Shown: in pieces, positions 29,676-39,140 of the stretch | Position numbering within the stretch: position 1 is the stretch's first letter | Layout of the letters: every line of letters begins with the position of its first letter | Source of the DNA: an uncultured Candidatus Saccharibacteria bacterium | Lineage (GTDB): Bacteria > Patescibacteriota > Minisyncoccia > 2-02-FULL-40-12 | Reading direction: 5' to 3' | Assembly (NCBI GenBank): GCA_964368135.1 | Contig: CAYIZI010000003.1 | Location: forward strand, 1-50,317 | Length of the DNA stretch: 50,317 bases | Made by a program: the position numbers and the translations under genes | Notes under the pieces: model-generated | Told to the model about the DNA's origin: nothing | Databases searched by the model: none | The model's input: only the letters and a program-made list of their open reading frames with translations

Positions 29676-30731
29676 ATGTCTTTATTTGGCCCAAAAACTG
29701 TTTTAGGAATTGATTTGGGAACATCCGGCGTCAAAATAGCCGAACTTTCCCATTCCGGCGGGAGGTTTGATTTAAAAAACTACGGTCTTCTTGATTTTAC
29801 GGATAAAGACGAAACCGCCCTCAAGCTCGGCGATCAGGTTTTAGCAAACGGAATCAAAGAACTTTTAAGTAAAACCAAGGTTTCAACCAAAAACGTGATT
29901 GTTTCAATTTCTTCTTTTTTAACTTTTGCAACGGTGATTGAACTGCCTTATCTTTCAGAGAAAGATTTGGAAAAGGCAATTCCTTTTGAAGCAAGAAAAT
30001 ATATTCCCGTTCCGCTTGAGGAACTGGTTTTGGACTGGTCAATTGTCAATGTTAAAGAAATTTCCGAGCATCAAAACAGCAATGTTCCCCAGTCAAAGTA
30101 TCCAAACGTAGAAATATTTTTAGCGGCGGTGCCAAAAGCCGAAGCTGAAAAATATAAGAATATTTTCGCTTTAGCCGGGCTTAATCTTAGAGCTCTTGAA
30201 CTGGAAAATATTGCCCTGGTTCGTTCTTTGATCGGCGAAGATTTATCTCCAATGGCAATTATAAATTTGGGCGGCCGGAGCACCTCAATTTTCATCATTG
30301 ATAAGGGCTTTGAAAGAATTACCCGAAACTACGAATTGGGCGGTTTTGAGTTAACAAAAACTTTATCCAGAGCCCTGGGTGTGAGTTTTGAGAGAGCCGA
30401 ACAGATGAAGAAGACCGAAGGTTTAAAGGCGACTTCTTCTGATTTGGCCGATGCCCTTACTCCCTTGGTTGATTTGATTGTTTTTGAAACCCAAAAAATT
30501 ATTTCAAATTATGAGGAAGCTAAAAAAGTCAAAATAAACAAGATTATTTTAAGCGGCCGCCAAGCCAATATGCCAGGCTTTAGAGAGTATTTTAATCAAA
30601 AATTGAAAGTAGCCACCGTCATCGGCGACCCCTTCAGGAATGTTTCCTTTAACCGGCTGCTTGGCCCGACTTTAAAAGATTTAGGGCCGGCTTTGTCAGT
30701 GGCCATAGGCTTGGCAATGAGGAAGATTTAG
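29676..30731 (+). CDS. pilM: type IV pilus assembly ATPase-like protein PilM
   Basis: Actin-like fold N-terminus VLGIDLGTSGVKIAEL. The ATG at 29676 is preferred to the TTG at 29646. Confidence 0.8.
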   Translation: MSLFGPKTVLGIDLGTSGVKIAELSHSGGRFDLKNYGLLDFTDKDETALKLGDQVLANGIKELLSKTKVSTKNVIVSISSFLTFATVIELPYLSEKDLEKAIPFEARKYIPVPLEELVLDWSIVNVKEISEHQNSNVPQSKYPNVEIFLAAVPKAEAEKYKNIFALAGLNLRALELENIALVRSLIGEDLSPMAIINLGGRSTSIFIIDKGFERITRNYELGGFELTKTLSRALGVSFERAEQMKKTEGLKATSSDLADALTPLVDLIVFETQKIISNYEEAKKVKINKIILSGRQANMPGFREYFNQKLKVATVIGDPFRNVSFNRLLGPTLKDLGPALSVAIGLAMRKI

Positions 30732-30734
30732 TTA

Positions 30735-30852
30735 GCAAGATAGCGAGAGAGCAAGATAGGTTTTAGGGCTGTTAATAATTTTAATAGCCGGATGTTTATA
30801 AATATTATAAAATTTATACATTGAAAACCTAAAACCTATCCTGCTATCTGGC
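30735..30852. repeat. imperfect ~30-bp inverted repeat flanking an AT-rich 60-nt spacer (pilM-pilN gap)
   Basis: The left arm GCAAGATAGCGAGAGAGCAAGATAGGTTTTAGG pairs with the right arm CCTAAAACCTATCCTGCTATCTGGC. The 13-bp core GATAGGTTTTAGG/CCTAAAACCTATC is perfect. Confidence 0.5.
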
Positions 30853-30859
30853 TACATTT

Positions 30860-31393
30860 ATGCCTGAATTAGAATTACTTCCGGAAAAAACAAAGAGAGT
30901 TGAGATAAGAACGCAAAGAAAACTCGGCTCGGGTGTTTCGTGGCTTGTTTTAGTTTTAATTTTATACGGAGCTATTTTATTTTATAACCGAAGTTTGGAA
31001 GTTAGGGTCCAGGAGCTTGATGCTCAATTTTCAGCTTTTAACCAGTCAAGAAACAGGGCCCAGGAAGACAGATTAAAAGAAGTTGAATCAAAGTTAAATC
31101 GGGGCCAGACCCTTTTGGGCGAGCATGCTCTTTGGTCTAAGGGATTTGAAAAAGTCCAGGCCCTGACCCTGCCTTCGGTTCAGTTCCTGTCTTTAAATGC
31201 TTCATTGCCGGAGTTGAAATTTGAGTTCAGGGCGACCGCTCCTAATTTAACCGCCATTGCCAAACAAGGAGCCAACTTTTTGTCTGACGGCTCGGTTAAA
31301 GACATATCAATAAGCCAGCTTAAAATTTTAACCACTGGCCGAACCGAGTTTGTCATAAAAATAACCTTTAACCGGGACCAATTTCTAAAATAA
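30860..31393 (+). CDS. PilN-like bitopic pilus assembly protein
   Basis: A single TM helix after a charged N-terminus, plus its position after pilM. The call rests on topology and synteny. Confidence 0.5.
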   Translation: MPELELLPEKTKRVEIRTQRKLGSGVSWLVLVLILYGAILFYNRSLEVRVQELDAQFSAFNQSRNRAQEDRLKEVESKLNRGQTLLGEHALWSKGFEKVQALTLPSVQFLSLNASLPELKFEFRATAPNLTAIAKQGANFLSDGSVKDISISQLKILTTGRTEFVIKITFNRDQFLK

Positions 31394-31401
31394 CAACGAA
31401 C

Positions 31402-31920
31402 ATGACCAAATTCCTTTCCTCAATCTTAACAGCTGGTTCAATCTTGATTTTCTTTATTCTGGTTTTGCCTTCTTTTGACCAGACCAGAATTTTAAGAAAC
31501 GAAATAGAAGAAAGAAACAACATTTTGGCAGAAGCCGAAGAGATTACCAATAGAGTCCGGGAGATTAATAATGAAATAGATTTGCGCCGAAGCGATATAG
31601 AGAGGCTGGATAATCTTTTGCCGGAACAAAAAGAACTTCCGGAGTTGTTGTCCAATCTTGAGTCAATTGTTTCGGCTTCGGGTATGGCCCTGTCGGAGCT
31701 GAATCTTTCCGAGCTTACCGCTGAAGGAGAGTTTAGAAAAATCGGCGGGAGCGCCAGACTTAACGGCAGTTTTACTTCTTTCACTAATTTTTTGGATTTG
31801 CTTGAGAGGAACTTAAGATTGATTGACGTCACTGCCATCAGCGCCACTTTGCAGGCGGCTGAAGGGAGCGGCAGAATAAGTTATGATGTCAGATTTGAGA
31901 CCAGTTATTTGTCCAGATGA
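31402..31920 (+). CDS. PilO-like bitopic pilus assembly protein
   Basis: N-terminal TM helix, a coiled-coil segment, and position after the pilN-like gene. Confidence 0.5.
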   Translation: MTKFLSSILTAGSILIFFILVLPSFDQTRILRNEIEERNNILAEAEEITNRVREINNEIDLRRSDIERLDNLLPEQKELPELLSNLESIVSASGMALSELNLSELTAEGEFRKIGGSARLNGSFTSFTNFLDLLERNLRLIDVTAISATLQAAEGSGRISYDVRFETSYLSR

Positions 31921-31957
31921 TAATATTTAAATATTAAAGTATTTAAACTTTTACTTT

Positions 31958-32254
31958 ATGGCTGATAAACAAGGTTTTAAAATTCAAGGCGGTTCTTCAC
32001 TCCCGATGCTTTTAATTTTTCTGGCCCTGCTCTTTGGGTTCATATTTTATTTCTCGGTAATAAAATCCGGGCAGGTTAATAAGTACGAAATTTCTACCGA
32101 AGTTCAAACAGAAATGGTTAAACTCCGGTCTTTCAAAAATGTAATGCTCAACTTTTCAATTTTTGACCGGGTAGAATTCAGGAACTTAAGAATTTTTGGA
32201 GAAGTACCGGTTCTGCCAGTGCCGGGCGGCAAAACTGATTTATTTGCTCCTTAA
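31958..32254 (+). CDS. small bitopic membrane protein in the pilus operon
   Basis: 98-aa ORF with one TM helix. No motif recognised. Confidence 0.4.
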   Translation: MADKQGFKIQGGSSLPMLLIFLALLFGFIFYFSVIKSGQVNKYEISTEVQTEMVKLRSFKNVMLNFSIFDRVEFRNLRIFGEVPVLPVPGGKTDLFAP

Positions 32255-32311
32255 TCCAAGAATCAAAATGATAAGCTAAAAATTTTAATTTTTGATTTTT
32301 GATATTTTACT

Positions 32312-34057
32312 TTGATAAAAATCCCTCAAACATTAGTCCAAGATTTAATAAAAAGAAAGATACTGGATAAAAAAGGAGCAGATGGGTTGATTCAAAAAGC
32401 CAAAGAGAAAGACAGAGATTTTACTCAAATCATAGTTAATTCGGAAATTATTTCTGATGATGATTTACTAAAGATTAAGTCAGAGCTTTACCGACTGCCG
32501 TCGGTAACTTTGACCAGCGATAAGATAAGACCGGAAGTTTTAAAATCTATTCCAGAAGATACCGCCGAGTTTTACAGAATTGTTCCTTTTGATAAGGAAG
32601 AGAACATATTGAGAGTTGGAATTTTAAATCCAGAAGACAACGATGCTCTTGAAGCTCTGAATTTTGTTGCCCGGGATCAAGGTTTTTCAATAGAGAAGTA
32701 TGTAATTGGCTTTGAAGATTATAGTAAAGTTATTGGTGAATATAGAACCTTGATCGGCGAGGTAAAAGAAGCCCTCCTTGAGTTAGGCCAGGAACTTAAG
32801 AAAGAGACGGCCAAGAAAGCCCCGCCCGGCAAGTTGCCCCAGATTAGCGAGGAAGCGCCGATTATCAGAGCGGTGGCCGTGGTGGTTAAACACGCGGTTG
32901 AATCCCGGGCTTCGGACATTCACATTGAACCGCAGGAAGACGAGATTAAAGTCCGTTTTAGAGTAGATGGCTTGATGCATGTGGCTTTGATTTTGCCTAA
33001 AAGGATTCATTCCGCTATTATCACCAGAATCAAAATTTTATCCGATTTAAAAATAGATGAAACCAGAGTTCCCCAAGATGGAAGATTCAGCACTATCGTC
33101 GGAGACAAAAAAATTGACTTCCGGGTCTCTACTTTACCGACCCGTCACGGCGAGAAAGCGGTTTTGAGGATTTTAGATCCAAGCGTTGGCTTAATTGAAC
33201 TTCCTGATTTAGGTCTGACCGGACGTAATTTAAAGCTGGTGGAAAAATATGTTGAAAAACCATTTGGCAGCATTTTGATTACCGGGCCGACCGGCTCGGG
33301 TAAAACCACCACTCTGTATTCAATTTTAAGAAAAATTAATAATGAGGCCGTCAATATCATTACTTTGGAAGATCCTATTGAAATTCTTTTGCCGGGCGTT
33401 AATCAGTCCCAGACCCAGGAAGAAATCGGCTATACTTTTGCCAGCGGTCTTCGCCATATTTTAAGGCAAGACCCGGATATCATTATGGTCGGCGAGATTC
33501 GGGATTCGGAAACTGCTGGCTTGGCCACTCACGCTTCCTTAACCGGCCACCTTGTTTTCTCCACTTTGCACACCAATGATTCTATCGGCGTGATTCCCCG
33601 TTTGATTGATTTAGGGGTGGAAAAGTACTTAATTGCTCCAACTTTGAATTTGGCGATGGCTCAGCGGCTTTTAAGAAGATTATGTCCGGTTTGTAAGATA
33701 AAAAACAAGGCCAACCAAGCCGAGCAGAAAATAATAACCAAATCAATAGAAGAAATGCCGGAAGATTTAAAAAAAGACCTGGCCAATAAAGATTTTCTTG
33801 TTTATAAAGCAAGCGAGACGGGGTGCACCGAATGCAAAGGCAAGGCCTATAAGGGCCGAATCGCGATTTTTGAGATTTTTGAGATAACCGATCAAGTGGA
33901 AAAAATTGTTTTGACTGATTTATCTGAAGTGAGCTTAAGAGAAGAATCAAAAAGACAGGGGATGTTAACAATGTTTCAAGACGGGATTTTGAAAGTGATA
34001 GAAGGCGTAGTATCATTAGAAGAGTTGTTAGAGGTTGCCGAAGCCGGGAATGCTTGA
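32312..34057 (+). CDS. pilB: type IV pilus assembly ATPase PilB (GspE family)
   Basis: Walker A GPTGSGKTTT. Asp and His boxes. Tetracysteine motif CPVC...CTEC. TTG start. Confidence 0.9.
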   Translation: MIKIPQTLVQDLIKRKILDKKGADGLIQKAKEKDRDFTQIIVNSEIISDDDLLKIKSELYRLPSVTLTSDKIRPEVLKSIPEDTAEFYRIVPFDKEENILRVGILNPEDNDALEALNFVARDQGFSIEKYVIGFEDYSKVIGEYRTLIGEVKEALLELGQELKKETAKKAPPGKLPQISEEAPIIRAVAVVVKHAVESRASDIHIEPQEDEIKVRFRVDGLMHVALILPKRIHSAIITRIKILSDLKIDETRVPQDGRFSTIVGDKKIDFRVSTLPTRHGEKAVLRILDPSVGLIELPDLGLTGRNLKLVEKYVEKPFGSILITGPTGSGKTTTLYSILRKINNEAVNIITLEDPIEILLPGVNQSQTQEEIGYTFASGLRHILRQDPDIIMVGEIRDSETAGLATHASLTGHLVFSTLHTNDSIGVIPRLIDLGVEKYLIAPTLNLAMAQRLLRRLCPVCKIKNKANQAEQKIITKSIEEMPEDLKKDLANKDFLVYKASETGCTECKGKAYKGRIAIFEIFEITDQVEKIVLTDLSEVSLREESKRQGMLTMFQDGILKVIEGVVSLEELLEVAEAGNA

Positions 34058-34092
34058 AATATTTAAACATTTAAATATTTAAATGTGAGAAG

Positions 34093-35157
34093 ATGCCTGA
34101 TTATCGAGAGTTAGTTAATGACTTGCTTACTTACACGGCTAATCAGAAAGCCTCGGATTTGCATTTGTCGCCGGGTCACTACCCGACGATCAGGCTTTCC
34201 GGCCGGCTTATTCCGGTTAAAAAATACAATATTTTAGATCCCGAAACCCTGGAAGGCATTACTGATTTCTTGTTGGGTGAAAGGAGGTCAAGATTTTTAG
34301 TGGAAAAAGAAGTTGATTTTTCTTACGCCTTGGACAGTGAAGCCCGTTTTAGAGTCAATATTTACACCACTAAAAATATTTCGGCCGCGACTTTCCGTTT
34401 CATCCCTTCAATTATTCCTGAAATCGAGGAACTTAATCTGCCGCCAATCGTGAAAATATTCGCTCGTATTAGCCAAGGCTTTGTTTTAATTGTCGGCCCG
34501 AATGGTCATGGGAAGTCAACGACTTTGGCCGCTTTGATTAATCTGATTAATCGCGAAAGAAACGTGAAAGTGGTAACCATTGAAGACCCGATTGAATATA
34601 TTTTCAATCCTGACAAAAGTATTATTGACCAAAGAGAGCTTTATGGCGATACCCTTTCTTTTAACAAAGCCCTCCGTTCTACTTTCCGCCAGAATGTGGA
34701 TGTGATTTTAGTTGGCGAGATGCGGGATTATGAAACAATGTCGGCCGCGGTGAGCGCGGCTGAAACCGGCCATTTGGTTTTTGCCTCTTTGCATACTAAC
34801 AATGCCGCCCAGACCGTGGAGAGAATAATTGACAGCTTTCCGGCTTCCCAGCAGTCGCAAATTAGAATTCAGTTAGCTAACACAATTTCGGGCGTAGTTT
34901 CCCAAAGGTTGATTCCCAGAACCAAAGGCGGCTTAATTCCGGCAGCCGAAGTGATGATTGCTAATTCCGCGGTCAGAAATTTAATAAGAGAGAATAAGGA
35001 AAACCAGCTCAATTTGGTGATTGAGACTAGTTCTGATATGGGGATGGTTTCTTTAAACCGCTCCTTGGTTGAGTTGGTAAGGAAGAATGAAATCTCTATG
35101 GACCAGGCTGAATTTTATTCGCTCAATCCTGAAGAATTAAAAGAGTTAATGAAGTAG
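34093..35157 (+). CDS. pilT: twitching-motility retraction ATPase PilT
   Basis: Walker A GPNGHGKSTT. LVGEMRD. AHLVFASLHTN-type His box. 354 aa. Confidence 0.9.
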   Translation: MPDYRELVNDLLTYTANQKASDLHLSPGHYPTIRLSGRLIPVKKYNILDPETLEGITDFLLGERRSRFLVEKEVDFSYALDSEARFRVNIYTTKNISAATFRFIPSIIPEIEELNLPPIVKIFARISQGFVLIVGPNGHGKSTTLAALINLINRERNVKVVTIEDPIEYIFNPDKSIIDQRELYGDTLSFNKALRSTFRQNVDVILVGEMRDYETMSAAVSAAETGHLVFASLHTNNAAQTVERIIDSFPASQQSQIRIQLANTISGVVSQRLIPRTKGGLIPAAEVMIANSAVRNLIRENKENQLNLVIETSSDMGMVSLNRSLVELVRKNEISMDQAEFYSLNPEELKELMK

Positions 35158-35160
35158 ACA

Positions 35161-36390
35161 ATGGAATTCATCTATCAGGCTAAAACAAGAGAAGGTCAGA
35201 TCACTCAAGGAATCGTTGAGGCCCATAAAGAGTCAGAAGCGGTTTCTGTTTTACAAGAAAGAGGGTTGATAGTTTTGTCTTTGGAACCGAAAGAAAAAGG
35301 GCTTTTGAAAAAAGAAGTAGGCACTTTTTTTGTAAGGCCTAGCCGAAAAGATGTAGTTTTTTTTACGAGGCAATTGGCTACTTTGGTTGATGCCGATGTT
35401 CCTTTGGTCAGTGCTTTAAATACTTTGGCCGAAGAGGCGGCCAATCCGGCTTTTAAAAAGATTTTAGTGGATCTGACTTCTTCGGTTGACGCCGGCAGTT
35501 CTCTTTCCGAGGCCTTAGCCGGATATCCAAATGTTTTTTCCGATTTTTTCGTGAGCCTGGTCAGGTCAGGAGAAACAGCCGGAAAACTTCATCAAGTTTC
35601 AAATTATCTGGCTGATTATTTAGAAAAGCAGGCGGAGATTAGGTCAAGAACTTTAGGCGCTTTGATTTATCCGGTCTTTCTGCTTTTTGCGGTGATCGCC
35701 GTATTCATTGTTTTATTCTTCGGTTTTCCGCTTTTGGAGGTGCCGCCGGTCATTCCGCAGATTTTAGTCATCGTTGAAGAAGCCGGGATAGAGGATTTGC
35801 CTTTAACCACCAGAACCCTGATTTTCGTAAATAATATTTTGATAAATTTCTGGTACATAATTTTTGGCCTGGCGGCAATCGCCATCATTTGGCTGATTCA
35901 GTATGTTCGGACTCCGGAAGGAAGAGAAAGATATGATTGGATTAAATTAAAAATCCCGTTTCTTAAAAAAGCGATTCAAGGCATTTACTTGGCCAGGTTA
36001 TCTGAAACTCTGTCCACCTTAACCAAAGCCGGGGTGCCGATTTTGGATTCTTTGGAGATAACTTCAACCGTGGTCGGGAACAAAGTTTACGAAAATATAC
36101 TTTTGGAAACAAAAGAAAAGGTGGGCACCGGAGCGAGGATTTCCGATGTCTTCAGCCGCTACCCAGATGTTATCCCGCCGATTATCACCCAGATGGTTGT
36201 GGTCGGCGAGAAGACCGGTAAACTGGATTTTATGCTGGAACACATATCTAAATTCTACTCTAATGAAGCCGACTCAATAATCAGAAATTTACCAGCCACG
36301 ATAGAGCCGGTGGTCATCCTGATATTTGGCGGGATAGTGTTTATAATTGTATCTGGCGTATTATTGCCGTTATTTAGTATAATAAGGTAA
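35161..36390 (+). CDS. pilC: type IV pilus platform protein PilC (GspF family)
   Basis: Two T2SSF repeats and three TM segments. 409 aa. Confidence 0.9.
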   Translation: MEFIYQAKTREGQITQGIVEAHKESEAVSVLQERGLIVLSLEPKEKGLLKKEVGTFFVRPSRKDVVFFTRQLATLVDADVPLVSALNTLAEEAANPAFKKILVDLTSSVDAGSSLSEALAGYPNVFSDFFVSLVRSGETAGKLHQVSNYLADYLEKQAEIRSRTLGALIYPVFLLFAVIAVFIVLFFGFPLLEVPPVIPQILVIVEEAGIEDLPLTTRTLIFVNNILINFWYIIFGLAAIAIIWLIQYVRTPEGRERYDWIKLKIPFLKKAIQGIYLARLSETLSTLTKAGVPILDSLEITSTVVGNKVYENILLETKEKVGTGARISDVFSRYPDVIPPIITQMVVVGEKTGKLDFMLEHISKFYSNEADSIIRNLPATIEPVVILIFGGIVFIIVSGVLLPLFSIIR

Positions 36391-36582
36391 AGCTTTTGTC
36401 TGAGCGCAGCGAAGCGAGCACAGCTACAAAGCTTTACCCAGCCCTCTAAGCCCATCGGATATAGGGGGATAGTAATAGTAATGTAAACTAAAGTATATTA
36501 CTAAATATCTGTTCTGCGGGCATAGAGGGCTGGGTGCTCAATGTTGTAGCTATTCGCTACGCTCATAGACAACATTGGCAGG
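36389..36582 (+). repeat. three-hairpin palindromic element, upstream copy (pilC-pilin gap)
   Basis: L hairpin: AAAGCTTTTG...CAAAGCTTT. Central stem: ACCCAGCCCTCTAAGC (36436..36451) pairs with GCATAGAGGGCTGGGT (36520..36535) around a 68-nt loop. R hairpin: CAATGTTGT...ACAACATTG. Confidence 0.7.
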
Positions 36583-36663
36583 TCGATTTTTAAAAAGTTT
36601 TAACCGCAGGATTTTAAGGATTTTTAAAATACTTAATTTCCTGAAGTTAAAATAAGTATCAAA

Positions 36664-37221
36664 ATGAGAGTTAGTTTAAGAAAAGAGAGAGGCTTCACTT
36701 TGGTCGAGCTTTTGGTGGTTATTGCCATTATTGGGGTTTTGGCTACTTTGCTTTTGCTTCAATTAGGCGGAGCCAGGGCTAAGGCCAGGGATACCAAGAG
36801 GGTTTCTGATGTCGCCCAGTTAAGAACAGCAATTGAGCAGTATTTTGACGATAACTGCGGTACATATGTTGGAGGAAATAACTGCGCTGGAGTGGTCATT
36901 GCTAGTTTATATGATGCTTCTAATCCTCTTGGTCCTTACCTTGGAACCGCAATGCCGACTGATCCGCTTGACCAGGCCCAATACGGTTATTCAAGTGCTC
37001 CAGCTGTTGCTACAAGAGTATTAAGATTCCAAATTTGGGCTGAATTAGAGAACGGCAGTACCGGCTTGAGAACAGACCACGATATTACCACCACCGGCTG
37101 GACCGCCAGAAGCACCGGCCGAATGGGAGTTTTGACTAATGGTACAGATCCGGTAACCGGCACTTGTCCAGACAACAATCTGGCTGTCTTCGACTGCGTG
37201 TTTGATGTCGGGGTAAGATAA
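36664..37221 (+). CDS. major type IV pilin
   Basis: Class III signal MRVSLRKERG/FTLVELLVVIAIIG, followed by a 150-aa globular domain with Cys pairs. Confidence 0.85.
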   Translation: MRVSLRKERGFTLVELLVVIAIIGVLATLLLLQLGGARAKARDTKRVSDVAQLRTAIEQYFDDNCGTYVGGNNCAGVVIASLYDASNPLGPYLGTAMPTDPLDQAQYGYSSAPAVATRVLRFQIWAELENGSTGLRTDHDITTTGWTARSTGRMGVLTNGTDPVTGTCPDNNLAVFDCVFDVGVR

Positions 37222-37355
37222 TTTTTTGTTCAAGAGCGAAGCGATTGATTACAAAAAGTTACCCAGCCCTCTAAGCATCTGAAAAAGTATTTAGCATAGA
37301 GGGCTGGGTGCTCAAATTTGTATCTGCTCGCTGTGCTCGCAGACAAATTTGGCAG
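37222..37355 (+). repeat. three-hairpin palindromic element, downstream copy (pilin-pilD gap)
   Basis: The same central stem (37261..37276 pairs with 37294..37309) around a 17-nt loop. The R hairpin is CAAATTTGT...ACAAATTTG, with compensatory changes relative to the upstream copy. The 61-nt right arms are 50/61 identical. Confidence 0.7.
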
Positions 37356-38143
37356 TTTTTTTTATTTTCATTTTTGGCCTGGCAGTAGGCAGCTTTCTAA
37401 ATGTCCTGATTCACCGATTACCAAAAGGGGAGTCAATCCTTGGTTTTTCAAAATGTCAGCATTGCCGTAGGACTATTTATTGGTCCGACAACATCCCGGT
37501 TTTAAGTTTTTTGATTTTGAAAGGTAAGTGCCGGCACTGCGGCCAGGAAATTTCCTGGCAGTATCCGTTGGTTGAGTTATTAACCGGTTTTTTGTTTCTG
37601 TTTTCTTTCTGGGTCTACCCCGAAGAGCCTATTTTTTTGATTTATATCTTGTTTCTTATGAGTTTATTGGTTGTGATTGGTTTAATTGATTTAAAAAAAT
37701 TCTTAATATTGGACAGTCTTATTTTGACAGGCCTTATCGGGAGTCTTATTTTTATGTTTTTGTTTAATGTCTCATGCTTAAAGTTTCAGGAACTGACCAG
37801 CTGTTCCTTTAGAGATTCCTTATTCGGGGTCTTATTTTTTGCCGGTTTGTTTTTGTTAATTTTTTTAATGTCTAAGGGCCGGGGGATCGGCTTTGGCGAT
37901 GTTAAATTCTCGGCTTTACTGGGCTTTATATTTGGCTTGATAAATTCAATCAACCTCTTCTACCTGACCTTTTTAATCGGTTTTATTATTGCTATAATAT
38001 TATTGGCCTTTAAAAAATCAGATTTAAAGACCGAAATTCCCCTTGGTTCAATAATGGCCGGCACAGGCATTTTGCTTTTGTTATCAGGTTTTAATCTTTT
38101 TGGTATAATAGATATAAATTTCATTTTAAGATTATTTTACTAA
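37349..38143 (+). CDS. pilD: prepilin peptidase (A24 family) PilD
   Basis: GSFLNVLIHRLP. Zinc-finger CQHC...CRHC. Catalytic GFGDVKF. The TTG start is embedded in the repeat element. Confidence 0.85.
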   Translation: MAVFFIFIFGLAVGSFLNVLIHRLPKGESILGFSKCQHCRRTIYWSDNIPVLSFLILKGKCRHCGQEISWQYPLVELLTGFLFLFSFWVYPEEPIFLIYILFLMSLLVVIGLIDLKKFLILDSLILTGLIGSLIFMFLFNVSCLKFQELTSCSFRDSLFGVLFFAGLFLLIFLMSKGRGIGFGDVKFSALLGFIFGLINSINLFYLTFLIGFIIAIILLAFKKSDLKTEIPLGSIMAGTGILLLLSGFNLFGIIDINFILRLFY

Positions 38144-38149
38144 AGGATA

Positions 38150-38548
38150 ATGAAAAATTTCAGAAGGCTGACAAAGAATCGTGATTTTTGGGTTGTGGTA
38201 GCAGTTATTGCCTTTGGCTTTTACACCGGTTTTTTTACTGATTTAGTTAATCCCCCGGCTTATTTGGAGATTGACTTTGGCGAGAGAAAAAGAGCTTTCA
38301 GCGGCGAGATAACCGATGATATGTCTGTTTTGGATGCTTTGGTTGCTTCAAGCCGGGCCGGCGATTTTGATTTAAGATACGCAATTTTGAACGACCAGGT
38401 GAATCTAATGGTCATAGACGGGTTCGTAAAAGACGGCCTTGATTCTAAAAATTGGAATTTCCGACTTAATGGGGAATCAGTAGAGACTCCTTTAATTCAT
38501 AAACAGAGGATTAATCCAGGCGATAGAGTTTTAATAAAATACGAATAG
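38150..38548 (+). CDS. membrane-anchored DUF4430-like protein
   Basis: N-terminal TM helix. The C-terminal pattern WNFRLNGESVE ... INPGDRVLIKY resembles the DUF4430 beta-domain, recalled from memory. Confidence 0.45.
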   Translation: MKNFRRLTKNRDFWVVVAVIAFGFYTGFFTDLVNPPAYLEIDFGERKRAFSGEITDDMSVLDALVASSRAGDFDLRYAILNDQVNLMVIDGFVKDGLDSKNWNFRLNGESVETPLIHKQRINPGDRVLIKYE

Positions 38549-38598
38549 TCTACAGTCCATCATTCCAATTCTTAAACGTTTCTCTTGTCAAAAAAAAC

Positions 38599-39140
38599 AT
38601 GAATTCATACCCCTTTGTTCTAAGGGGTTTACCCTTTTTGAAGTTTTAGTAGTCGGGATGATAATTGGAACGGTGACGGTGGTTATTTTGCAAAATTTTA
38701 GAGGCGGTCAGACAAAAGCAAGATTAAACAGAGTCTCGGCAGCTTTAGAATCTCAAGTCAGAAGAACCCAGAATTTAGCTATTTTCGGCACTAAATTCGG
38801 GGGCGGAATTCCCTGCGGATACGGAATAAATTATGTTGACGGCCAAACCTACAGGATTTACGTTGGCCAGCGCACCAGCTCTAATCCATGCAGTAACTCA
38901 AATCGCAATTATTCAAATGGTACCGATGATATTTATGAAGATATTAAATTAATTGATGCCGGTATAGTTTTTAAGAATTCATTTAATGATTTGTTTTTTG
39001 AACCGCCTGACCCGACAGTTTATATAAATAATAGTAGAACTCCTGGGAGCTCGGTGACGATGGAAGTTTGTTTAGAAGATGACCAGACAAAATGCAAGAT
39101 ATTAACCGTAGATCTGATCGGAAGAATTATAATTCAATGA
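38599..39140 (+). CDS. minor pilin with an apparent frameshift between its ATG and the prepilin motif
   Basis: KGFTLFEVLVVVGMI starts at 38622 in a frame that has no ATG, GTG or TTG upstream. The only ATG (38599, MNSYPFVLRG...) is in the +1 frame. The two are separated by the homopolymers CCCC and TTT (38610..38616). The track reports only 38658..39140. Confidence 0.55.

Noticed and set aside
61-37245. The stable mini-hairpin heptamer GCGAAGC recurs in several of the repeat elements (63, 1657, 13393, 24666, 36410, 37236).
   Set aside because: It also occurs in ordinary coding sequence (for example near 19929 and 20428). About three copies per strand are expected by chance in 50 kb, so I could not show enrichment by hand.
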